A DNA stretch of 63,135 nt, filler included, from Octopus bimaculoides (lineage: Eukaryota): the NCBI RefSeq assembly GCF_001194135.2. It is 5 parts of 5 records of this genome, joined end to end, with 100 filler letters (N's around TTAATTAATTAA, not from the genome) between each part and the next. Parts side by side here need not be neighbours in the genome. Positions count along the whole stretch, not along the records: positions 1 to 17,245 come from NC_068990.1; 4 more parts are not named here. The stretch is one strand, 5' to 3'. Each line of letters starts with the position of its first letter. The stretch's first letter is position 1. The position numbers and the translations under genes are program-made. Positions 1 to 10,540 of this stretch are shown here, in pieces. The notes beneath the pieces were generated by a model, which was given only the letters and a program-made list of their open reading frames with translations, did not search any database and was not told where the DNA came from.

Positions 1-303
1 GTGGCTGAGCACTCCGCAGACACGTGTACCCTTAACGTAGTTCTCGGAGAGATTCAGCGTGACACAGAGCGTGACAATGCTGGCTCTTTGAAATACAAGT
101 ACAACAGAAACAGGAAGAAAGAGTGAGAGAGAAAGTTGTGGTGAAAGAGTACAGCAGGGTTCACTACAACCCCCTGCCGGAGCGTAGTGGAGCTTTAAGT
201 TTTTTCGCTCTATAAACACTCACAACGCCCGGTCTTGGAATCGAAACCGCGATCCTATGACCGCAAGTCCGCTGCCCTAACCACTGGGCCATTACGCCTT
301 CGC
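1..303 (-). mobile_element. tRNA-derived SINE (family C), 3' part cut by window edge
   Basis: Minus strand begins GGCGTAATGGCCCAGTGG (A box) ... GGTTTCGATTCC (B box); body GTGTCACGCTGAATCTC..GAGAACTACGTTAAGGG..GAGTGCTCAGCCAC recurs at 48330-48390. Confidence 0.8.
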
Positions 304-603
304 AATAAAAAAATTAGACAGAAACTAATACAAAGAGCCAGCAAACATGAACAAAACTAAAAGTAATAATAATAATAAAATGATTTTCTGTCTTGAAGGA
401 AGCCAGAAAAATATGAAACTCAAGTCCAATTGACAGACTGTTATGAACACATGAAAAACAAGAGAAAATGTGAAAAAGATAGAAATTAAAATTAAAAACA
501 GGAATACGAAATATCTTGGAACGATGGTAGGAGGAACCCGGAAAGCAGGGGTGGGGGAAGCAAATCATTGGTAATAACCCTTTCTGCTGTAAGCACATGG
601 TCT

Positions 604-745
604 GAAGTTTTGCGGGGAGGCGGGGAAGGCTCTACGATTACTACGAACCCAGTACACGGCTGGTTCTTATTTTATCAACTTCGAAAGGTAAAGTCGATCT
701 TGGCAGTATTTGAACTCAGAACGTAAAACCAGAAAAAATACTTCT
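604..745 (-). mobile_element. SINE family A fragment
   Basis: Reverse complement of TTCTGAGTTCAAAT..GATCGACTTTACCTTTCG..GATAAAATAAGAACCAG, shared with copy at 1888. Confidence 0.7.
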
Positions 746-1645
746 TTGCATTTCGTCCCATTTCGTTTCTTAGGATCAGGCGCCTTTCTATTTTCCCCTT
801 TTCACTGACCCCTTGTAGATGGATACGAATACATTAATATGTACCAAAAAATAACAAAACAAAAAAAAACAAAAACAATACACAGCCACGCAGTCCGGTC
901 AAGTAAACACGGGCGATAACCAATGCATTGTGGATAGCTGAGCCTTGATAGTGGTTGCCGGAGCGTGCTTTTATAGTACAATGCAGAACCTCTGACTGAT
1001 GGGCAACACTTGTTATTACAGATCAATCCGTGATAAGCGTTAACATGGTTCACAATTGTGCGGAGAATCTTATTCCGGACCAGTGATAAACGGGGCTACA
1101 TCTTTAAGAAAATATGGAATACAAACCACGACAGACAATTAGCTTACTTCATTTAAATATTATAATGTTTTGTCTTTTTTTTTAAACATGCGTAGTAGAT
1201 TGTTTATAAAACACCATTTGGTAAAAGGGAGCGCTGAGCTAGAGAACTCCAAGAACCTCTAGCATAGAATATACAGTGTGTGAGTTGTATTATTTTATTT
1301 GGCGTGATTGTGCCAATTGTGAGATGTGTACTGTGTGACTTGGGCTTTTGAATCAAGTGTTGCGTAGGATGTCGACTTCAATAAACAAAGCTATCTTTTT
1401 TTAAATGTGTGTTAAGTTGAATGCCTGTTTTTTTTTAATATATATATATATATTCATGTTTCTGTTGTCTTTCTCTATCGTATCTACTTTCCCAATTGTT
1501 ATGGGTGCAATTTTCAATTCCATATCACACATCCGGTTTCTTTCAAATTTCCAGATCTTTGTTCTTTGATAGCTTTTCGACTTATTTCCGGGTTGTGTTT
1601 TTTGGCCAGTACTAATTGTTATGTCTATCAGAGCAGAGAGATTAA

Positions 1646-1810
1646 GCACACCGGATAAAATGCTTAGCGGCATTTCTTCCGGCTTTACGTTCTGACTTCA
1701 CATTCCGCTAGGGTTAACTTTGCCTTTCGTTCTAGGGGCGGGTTGGGGGTCAAGGAAATAAAGTACCAATCAAATATTTGAGTTGCTAAATTGCTGGCCT
1801 TGTGCCCAAA
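1646..1810 (+). mobile_element. SINE family A copy (5'-truncated)
   Basis: AAATGCTTAGCGGCATTTC..TACGTTCTGA..AACTTTGCCTTTC..AAGTACC..GCCTTGTGCCCAAA. Confidence 0.7.
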
Positions 1811-1811
1811 T

Positions 1812-1844
<33 letters not shown>

Positions 1845-1876
1845 TATTAATATTATTATTATTATTGTTATTATTT
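1812..1876. repeat. (ATC)n/(ATT)n compound microsatellite
   Basis: Directly visible. Confidence 0.9.
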
Positions 1877-1887
1877 TCAACAGTTTT

Positions 1888-2090
1888 TAAGGCGGCGAGC
1901 TGGCAGAATCGTTAGCGCGCCTAACGAAACGCTTAGCGGTATTTCGCCCGTCGGTACGTTCTGAGTTCAAATTCCGCTGAGGTCGACTTTGCCTTTCATG
2001 CTTTCGGGGTCGATAAAATAAATACCAGTCAAACACTGGAGTCGATGCAATCAACTCATCCCATCCCCTTGTGGCAAAATTTGACACCAT
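1888..2090 (+). mobile_element. SINE family A, near full length, CpG-intact
   Basis: AAGGCGGCGAGCTGGCAGAATCGTTAGC..GAGTTCAAATTCC (B-box-like)..GTCGACTTTGCCTTTCAT..GGGGTCGATAAAATAA; at least 10 related copies in window. Confidence 0.85.
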
Positions 2091-2318
2091 TATTTTCAAC
2101 AGTCTTTTTTTCGCCTGTCTACGTCACGGATATGGTTCAAGGAAAAAGTAAGAGTCAATAAAGCTTGCTAAGTTGTAAAAGTCTCGGTGAATGCAATGGA
2201 AACAGTATTAAATTAAAATCGCCATCTGCGTATCATAACAGCATTGATGAGCTTCAAGTAAGGCTAAACATATCTGATACTCTCGTGAGTCCCAGCTGGG
2301 ACGATGTACTCCTCGCTC

Positions 2319-2362
<44 letters not shown>

Positions 2363-2671
2363 CTGTGTGTGTGTGTGTGTTGGGTTTGAATACAACATGT
2401 CTTCGAAGAGATTCTATCTCTAACAAAAACCACGGCATCACGCCTTTTAACTATGTGTATATATTTTTATATGATATACAGATAACACTTTTAATTTGCT
2501 GCTGTTTCACCTGCGATTACAGAGTTTTTCACAGCCTGGCAAATCTTTCTACAATATCAAGGAATATATTATTTTCTGTTTCCTATAAATCTAAGTACGA
2601 CAAATGGCAAATGAAAGACAGAAGATGGAATATACGAGAATTTATTATTAGTCACGAGAATTGTTTCAACA

Positions 2672-2872
2672 CATCTAGCATCGATCCTTCATGGGTGGGA
2701 CACTCAACAACTGGTTCAGGGGCATCCGGTGGTGCAGATGTGTGATAAATAAATACAACTCATTAAAATAACAGATCCGCAATCTAACTTCTCATTTTGT
2801 AGAAAGAAAAGCAGCCAGATGGAGGAAATATTATTCATTTATATAGAAAATCAAAAATAAAATCACAGATGG
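2672..2872 (+). repeat. Unclassified interspersed repeat, copy 1
   Basis: GGGTGGG..GTTCAGG.GCATCC.GTGGTGCAGATGTGT..AACTC.TTAAAATAACAG.TCCGCAAT..AAAATCACAGATG also at 20162-20372. Confidence 0.7.
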
Positions 2873-3679
2873 CAGAAAGAGAAACAGGTGTAAAAACAAT
2901 AACATTATGGATAAACACTAAAATTGAAATTCTTAATGCATCTTACCCGTTTGATTTGTTCACTAAAGTTATTCAAGATCTCAACCACCAGCAATTTTGC
3001 CACTTTTCAAGATGAGGTATATTAATTGGAATTAATTAGAACACAGGTATAATCAGTACAAGATTTTATTCTTTCTCTATATTTCGTTCAAACATTTTCA
3101 TTGAAAATAAAGTACCATTTCAAAACTCTTTTACCATTGGCTATGTACTCTTATAAAATTTAATGAATACATTTGCATAACAGAACGCATCTATGCAATA
3201 TCTATGGTGTCTTCAAGACAACATGTCTATGAAGAGGTTTTCTATCCGACAAAAGTCACAGCATCATGTCTTTCAACGTTGTATGTACATGTGGCATGAT
3301 GCAGACATATATATATATATANNNNNNNNNNNNNNNNNNNNNNNNNNNNNNNNNNNNNNNNNNNNNNNNNNNNNNNNNNNNNNNNNNNNNNNNNNNNNNN
3401 NNNNNNNNNNNNNNNNNNNNNNNNNNNNNNNNNNNNNNNNNNNNNNNNNNNNNNNNNNNNNNNNNNNNNNNNNNNNNNNNNNNNNNNNNNNNNNNNNNNN
3501 NNNNNNNNNNNNNNNNNNNNNNNNNNNNNNGTGTGTGTGTGCATATATATGTATGTATATACATTAGTGTGTCTGTAAACACACATTTACACATAAAGAC
3601 GAGAGAGAAAGTGGAAAAGAGAGAGAGCGAGAGGAAAAGTGATGAGGAAAGAGAGTTTGTGCTATGCTGGGAATGTTAT

Positions 3680-3713
3680 TATAAAGCCGGAGGAGGTGTT
3701 TGTTAAGCGCACT
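3680..3713 (+). promoter_or_regulatory. Candidate TATA box + initiator core promoter
   Basis: TATAAAG at 3680 is 31 nt upstream of the A (3711) in CGCACT (BBCABW Inr-like); GA-rich tract at 3600-3655. Confidence 0.3.
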
Positions 3714-4049
3714 TTCTTTGATGTCTTCACGCTGTTCTGAGCAGCCAGGTGTAAACTACATTTAGCGCTTCTCTTAATGCAGCCGAGTAGAACGTTGCGC
3801 TGTGTTGAGATTTATGCTTTCTGCAATCACTCTAAAGAAGCTGTCCTCAAACATCTCCATGGCACTCATTCTCCGGTGGTATTGATGAACACATTCTGAA
3901 GAATATATTATAAAATGGATTGGATGTGTTTAAACAGACGATAATAGATAGCATTTTATGAACGCCATAAACTAAGGTATGATCTGTTATTAAATGTATT
4001 TGGATGACAAAACTTCTAAACAACATATTTTTGGTTAATTTCTATCGAC

Positions 4050-4620
4050 TAAATTTGAGGGAGCACCAATGAAAAGTAGTTGGTTGTGATTGGCTCAAAA
4101 TTCGAACGAGTTTTTTTGTTTATTTTTCTTACCAATCTTGCATACCCTTGAGGGAAACATGTACTTCTGTGAGAGACTCTCAGCTCTAAACAAATTTAAA
4201 CATATTTGACGTTCTTTTTGTATAAATTTTGTTTAATAAATATAAGGGAAGACTATTTTACAAATCGCACGTACCCCTGTAACTTCTCTAGCATACCCTT
4301 GGGTACGCGTATACTTCTGTATGAGAATTACTGCTCTGAAGAATTCCAGACATATTTGATGTTTCTTAGACACATAAACTTTATTTACTGAATATGAGGG
4401 AGCACCATTGAAAAATATTTGGCTATGATTACTTCGAAATTCCAATGTCTTGCATACCCTTGGAATTTCTCTATCGTACTCCTGGGAGTACACCTACTTA
4501 TGTTTCGGAACTCTCACTCTAAAGAAGTCCAAATAACAAAACTTGCGTACCCTTGGAATTTTTATAGCGTACCCCAGGGGTATGCGTACTTATATTTAAG
4601 AATTTCTGTGCTAAAGAATG
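4050..4620. repeat. Diverged tandem array with palindromic cores (4 units)
   Basis: Recurring CTTGCRTACCCTTG (4137, 4449, 4542; variant 4266), TACTTMTRT, CTCTRAA-like blocks, and GAGGGAGCACCA.TGAAAA at 4057 and 4396. Confidence 0.75.
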
Positions 4621-5088
4621 CAGCTTCAAGCATTTTTTGAAGATACCATTTCCACATCCATTTTTCCATGTGCAATTTGAAGACATAGCAGATCCAGGTT
4701 CCATATACTTTTATGATTCCAATTAATTTAACTCTGGAATTCACCAGACACTTCTGGAGAAGTCATGATAACTGAATCCACCACGGAAAATTTTAGGAAC
4801 CAACTCAAGGAATGAGAAAGCGACGAAGACCTGCCAAGATGTGAATTGAGGTGTTGCAACGTGACACTCTTAAAAGGGTGAAATTCCATCCGCTGCAACG
4901 GAAGACCAGTATCTGATTCCAATGAAAATACGGATCAATCAAGATCGATCTAACGGTATATATAAATGCTTACTCAAACACACACACACACATACACACA
5001 CGCGTGCGCATGCATGCACACATCCATATATACATATAAACATCCATCCATACAAACATACGAACACACACACACACACATATATATA

Positions 5089-5136
<48 letters not shown>

Positions 5137-5353
5137 GTCCATGTATNNNNNNNNNNATAATTATGTATGTATGCATATATATACGTACACACACACGCAC
5201 ACACATATATATATATATACACACACACATACGTATCAAGAAGTGTATATAGTTATGTATCTATATATATTTATATATGTTTACATGTGTACATACATGA
5301 TATATATATATATAATTAATATATATATATATATATACATTTATATTTAATTA

Positions 5354-5401
<48 letters not shown>

Positions 5402-6307
5402 ATGTGTGTGTGTGTGTGTATACATGGATATGCGTACATGCAACTCTATTAGGTTAATGTCCTCTGCAGATGTGCAGCATTTATTGGCTGTTTGTTGTTG
5501 GTGTGATATATGTAAGTGTGCCTGTGTGGTGTGTGTGAGAGAGAGAGTGTCTGTGCGTGGGTGATCGCGCATGATTCTAAACTGCACTGATTCCAGTACG
5601 CGTGTGAGCTTTGCTAGGTCAATGACATCAGCAAGTGCCTAGGTGTAGCTGTATAANNNNNNNNNNNNNNNNNNNNNNNNNNNNNNNNNNNNNNNNNNNN
5701 NNNNNNNNNNNNNNNNNNNNNNNNNNNNNNNNNNNNNNNNNNNNNNNNNNNNNNNNNNNNNNNNNNNNNNNNNNNNNNNNNNNNNNNNNNNNNNNNNNNN
5801 NNNNNNNNNNNNNNNNNNNNNNNNNNNNNNNNNNNNNNNNNNNNNNNNNNNNNNNNNNNNNNNNNNNNNNNNNNNNNNNNNNNNNNNNNNNNNNNNNNNN
5901 NNNNNNNNNNNNNNNNNNNNNNNNNNNNNNNNNNNNNNNNNNNNNNNNNNNNNNNNNNNNNNNNNNNNNNNNNNNNNNNNNNNNNNNNNNNNNNNNNNNN
6001 NNNNNNNNNNNNNNNNNNNNNNNNNNNNNNNNNNNNNNNNNNNNNNNNNNNNNNNNNNNNNNNNNNNNNNNNNNNNNNNNNNNNNNNNNNNNNNNNNNNN
6101 NNNNNNNNNNNNNNNNNNNNNNNNNNNNNNNNNNNNNNNNNNNNNNNNNNNNNNNNNNNNNNNNNNNNNNNNNNNNNNNNNNNNNNNNNNNNNNNNNNNN
6201 NNNNNNNNNNNNNNNNNNNNNNNNNNNNNNNNNNNNNNNNNNNNNNNNNNNNNNNNNNNNNNNNNNNNNNNNNNNNNNNNNNNNNNNNNNNNNNNNNNNN
6301 NNNNNNN

Positions 6308-6533
6308 TAGTCGAGCAAATCGACCCCAGGACTTATTCTTTGTAAGCCCAGTACTTATTCTATCGGTCTTTTTTGCCGAACCGCTAATTTTCGGGGACGT
6401 AAACACACCACCATGCTGGGGGGGGGACAAACATAGACACACAAACATATACACACGCGTACATATATATACATATACATACATATATACGACGGGCGTC
6501 TTTCAGTTTCCGTCTACCAAATCCACTCACAAG
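6308..6533 (-). mobile_element. tRNA-derived SINE family B (partial, abuts gap)
   Basis: TAGTCGAGCAAATCGACCCCAGGACTTATTC..TTTCAGTTTCCGTCTACCAAATCCACTCACAAGG shared with 8045, 12390, 28085, 49625. Confidence 0.85.
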
Positions 6534-6537
6534 GTGT

Positions 6538-6569
<32 letters not shown>

Positions 6570-6733
6570 ATAGGTTATGAGAGGTAATGGTGTCAATAAG
6601 ACCCAAAGGTGTCAGGTAATGCTGAGTAAGTGCTATGGACAGACTATAGTTAAGCTCCAGGTCCGGTGATTATGCCAATGAGGAGTCCAACATAGGTCAT
6701 ATATCAGCGTGTGTATATATAAAAACAAATTAC

Positions 6734-7031
6734 CAGAATGAGATAAAAATCCAAGGCTGTGAAAGATTTCAGAACATTTATAAATAGAAGGTCTTACAGC
6801 TGTTTCCGGGATATTTTATATAACCCTTCACCGGAGACGGTGTGAGAAGATGGTTAAGCAATAGTTATTCCCTCTCTATTTCATATCTTATCTAGAATAA
6901 ATATTACTTAACCTTTCTCTCATACCGTCTCCGGTGTAGGGATATATAGAATATCCCGGAAACAGCTGTAAGACCTTCTCTTTATAAACGTTCTAAAATC
7001 TCTCACAGCCTTGGATTTTTATCTCATTCTG
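6734..7031. mobile_element. 298-bp foldback made of two inverted Penelope-like pLTR segments
   Basis: 137-bp arms (6734-6870 and 6895-7031), about 13 mismatches by hand, 24-nt loop; arm sequence resembles 52460-52560 next to a Penelope ORF remnant. Confidence 0.8.
6927..6974 (+). ncRNA. Variant/degenerate minimal type I hammerhead ribozyme (inverted copy at 6791-6838, minus)
   Basis: GTCT-CCGGTGT-A-GGGATAT/ATATCCC stem II-G-GAAAC-AGCT-GTA-AGAC; stem I GTCT/AGAC pairs; core deviates from CUGAUGA. Confidence 0.5.
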
Positions 7032-7084
7032 AATATGTGTGTGTGTGTGTGTGTATATATATGTGTGTGTGTGTGTGTGTCTCT

Positions 7085-7261
7085 GTTTGTGCCTCCCCAC
7101 CATCGCTTGATAAGCGATGTTGGTGCGTTTACGCCCCCCGTAACCTAGCGCTTCGGCAAAAAGAGACTAGGCTTGCAAAGAATAAGACCTGGGGTCGATT
7201 TGTTCGACTAAAGGCAGTGCTCCAGCATGGCCACAGTCAAATGACTGAAACAAGCAAAGGA

Positions 7262-7262
<1 letters not shown>
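7085..7262 (+). mobile_element. SINE family B 3' half
   Basis: CCCACCATCGCTTGA..GGGGTCGATTTGTTCGACTAAAGGC.GTGCTCCAGCATGGCC.CAGTCAAATGACTGAAAC. Confidence 0.8.
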
Positions 7263-7306
<44 letters not shown>

Positions 7307-8044
7307 NNNNNNNNNNNNNNNNNNNNNNNNNNNNNNNNNNNNNNNNNNNNNNNNNNNNNNNNNNNNNNNNNNNNNNNNNNNNNNNNNNNNNNNNNNNNNN
7401 NNNNNNNNNNNNNNNNNNNNNNNNNNNNNNNNNNNNNNNNNNNNNNNNNNNNNNNNNNNNNNNNNNNNNNNNNNNNNNNNNNNNNNNNNNNNNNNNNNNN
7501 NNNNNNNNNNNNNNNNNNNNNNNNNNNNNNNNNNNNNNNNNNNNNNNNNNNNNNNNNNNNNNNNNNNNNNNNNNNNNNNNNNNNNNNNNNNNNNNNNNNN
7601 NNNNNNNNNNNNNNNNNNNNNNNNNNNNNNNNNNNNNNNNNNNNNNNNNNNNNNNNNNNNNNNNNNNNNNNNNNNNNNNNNNNNNNNNNNNNNTGTGTGT
7701 GTGTGTGTGTGTACCGTTTTTGTTTAATTTAATCTATGCTAATGCCCTCCGCCATCTTTCTGTTTATATATATTAACGTCTATAAAATAAATGTGCGCAT
7801 TTGTTGGCCAGTCACTGACCGCATGCATGTCTGTCTTTCTGTCTGTTTGTCTTTCTCTCTCTCTTTCTCTTTCTCTCTCTCTCTCTCTCTATCTCTCTCC
7901 CTCTCTGTATCTCTCTCTGCTTTTCTATTTGCCCGCGTATTTATCTGTTTGTCTGTCCGTATACATTGCACACGCATGCGCACATATATACACACGCGTG
8001 TGTGTTTATGCTTACATATATATATTTTTTTTTCGTTTATTCCT

Positions 8045-8205
8045 TTACTTGTCTCAGTCATTTGACTACGGCCATACTGGAGCACCGCCTTTAGTCGAAC
8101 AAATTGACCCCAAGACTTATTCATTGTAAGCTTTAGTACTTATTCTATCGGTGTCCTTTGCCGAACCGCTAAGTTTACGGGGAGGTAAACACACCAGCAT
8201 CCTTG
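8045..8205 (-). mobile_element. SINE family B 3' half, CpG-intact
   Basis: CAGTCATTTGACTACGGCC..GGAGCACCGCCTTTAGTCGAAC. Confidence 0.8.
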
Positions 8206-8554
8206 TCCCTTAGGTTGTTACTCATGTAGACAATTGCATTATTATCGGTACAAAATAGGACTTTTTATATTGTGTTTTGTAGAAGAATTCAGGTTAGAGA
8301 CGCGTGACCTAATGACTAGGATCATAGGATCGTGGGTTCACTTTCTGGCCCAGGTAGTGCACTGTATCCTTGAATAAGGGACTATCTTTGCTTCATTTTA
8401 TTCAGCCGAAAATGATGCATCTCCGCTCTCTCTGTCTCTCTGTTTCCTTATCTCTCCTAATATTTTAGTCTCTTTCTCTGCTATTGTGTTAGTCTCTCTC
8501 TCTCTCTCTCCTTTTTTAAATCTCTGTCTGTCTGTCTGTCTGTCNNNNNNNNNN

Positions 8555-8597
<43 letters not shown>

Positions 8598-9591
8598 TTT
8601 TTATCTTTGTCTGTCTGTCTCTTTCTCTCTCTTTCTGCCCACTTGTCACGTCCTCAACGTTCCGCTGGATCAAGGATGGGAGAGCCAATATGGGCCCCAT
8701 AGTAGCGAGTACATAGCAACTTAAAGCAATTAGCGAAAGTTCATACAACGTTCACACAACGAACGCATTACCTTTCTTTATTAATAGCTAATTACCAGCA
8801 AAATGAACACAGCTAAAAGCTGATGCAGCCTCTCTCTCTGTACTCAGTCGTCACATCTTTAATGTTTCACTGGATTAGATATGGAAAGGCCGAAAGAGCA
8901 CATAAGCCTGGAAGCGAGCACATCGACACAGAAACCAATTAGCAAAACCTCAACACATGCTACCTACTCATTACTTTTCGTCAGTACCACCTAAATGCCA
9001 GCTAAACGAGCACCAGCTAATTACTGGTACATCTTCCTCCCTTTGCTCAGTTGTTAATCCTTCATGTTCAACCAGATTAAGAATGGGAATGCCAAGAGGG
9101 AGTCCATATCTGATCGTCACTATCTACATGGGTAACTAATACATTTAGCCAAAGAGTGATACATGTTACCAATCACCTCATACACTCTTGCCAGTAACGG
9201 CTTTTAAAAAATTTCTTTTATGTGTCCCAGCCCAAAGACTGCGGCCGTGCTGGGGCACCTACGACTTTGTTTTCGGTTTTGAGAGCAGCTGTAAGTTTCG
9301 AAACAATTGTTGGTGAACATTGTCCTTCTCTTACTGTCTTGAAAGAAATATTAACACAACACAGCAGTTCTCTATGAGTGTATAGAAAACTTAAAAACTT
9401 AGATATGTTTCGACCATATAATATGGCATTTACCGTCATGTCATGTTTGTACATGACGGACATTTTTATGCGTATGCATGTATGCATGTATGTAAGTACG
9501 GATGTATGTATATGCGGGTATGTATGTATGCATGTATGTATGTACGTACGTACGTACATACGGATGTATGTATGTGTGTGTGCGAGCGTAT

Positions 9592-10215
9592 GTCATTATT
9601 CAGTTTTGCCAATAGAGAAGGAGCCGGTTTCCAACGTAGATCCAAGGCTCCTTCATCGCAATTTCAACATCAACAGAATATTTTTGTATGTATGTATGTA
9701 TGTATGTATGTATGTATGTATGTATGTATGTATGTACGTACGTACGTACGTACGTACGTGTGTGTGTATGTATGTATATGTGCAAATTTGTATGTTTTGC
9801 CTTATGTATGTATTCTCATGCATATAGTTGCATATCTAGACATTCTCATATATATATTTAAATGATAAACTTCTGGAAAGTTTTACAGATTTTTACAGTT
9901 CCAGTGATGGATTGGATCTGTAGTCTTCGAATCAGCTTTCTCCTTCTTGGTTTTAAGAAGCCTAACTTCTCAAGATTGGTATTCAGGTTTTTGTGTTACA
10001 TATCCCAGGGCCCCAATAATTACGGGTATAAACCTGAACTTGTAATCTGGACAGATTAAACTGTAGATTTCTCAATAATTCAGCTTAGGTATTCTCTTTT
10101 TCACTGATCTTCAGCCTTGTGTTAACATCCGCTGGGCAGCTAATTTCCACAACTGTGCACAGTTTCTCTTCTCTAACCCAAATCATTATATTAGGTCTAT
10201 TGTGCTTACATTTTA
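9592..10215 (-). mobile_element. 5'-truncated R4/Dong-clade non-LTR retrotransposon (REL endonuclease C-terminus + 3'UTR)
   Basis: Minus-strand translation with frameshifts: KHNRPNIMIW..VVEISCPADVN..EKEN..PDYKFRFIPVIIGALG..LEKLGF..RRLQIQSITGTVKICKTFQKFII* (stop about 9858); 3'UTR homologue at 13430-13710. Confidence 0.75.
9685..9780. repeat. (TATG)n/(TACG)n microsatellite
   Basis: Directly visible; similar tract at 9465-9590. Confidence 0.9.
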
Positions 10216-10282
10216 TTAAGGTTTTCACTGGGAACCATGAGGTTGGCAAGCAAGCTACTTACCACACAGCCACGCCTGCGCC

Positions 10283-10331
<49 letters not shown>

Positions 10332-10488
10332 GTGTATATATGTGTGTGTGTGTGTGTATTATTTCTGAATGTATGGCTGTATCTATGTGAATATATGTAC
10401 GAGCGTATGTATATGTGTGTGTATGTGCTCGCATTTGTATGTTTTGTGTATGAGCTTCATGTGTACGTGAGTGTATGCATGAGAGAGG

Positions 10489-10540
<52 letters not shown>

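Noticed and set aside
3193-7732. Long ORFs of 110-281 aa in the track
   Set aside because: They run through N-gaps or TA/CA/GA microsatellites (YI, CV, TH, ER repeats); the same applies to most ORFs across the window
8640-8748. Signal-peptide-like ORF start MYELSLIALSCYVLATMGPILALPSLIQR (minus)
   Set aside because: Starts at TTG, has no convincing donor and runs into (GA)n; no homology recognised
8803-8815. TGAACACAGCT, matching the 5' end of miR-317
   Set aside because: The match stops after 11 nt and there is no hairpin
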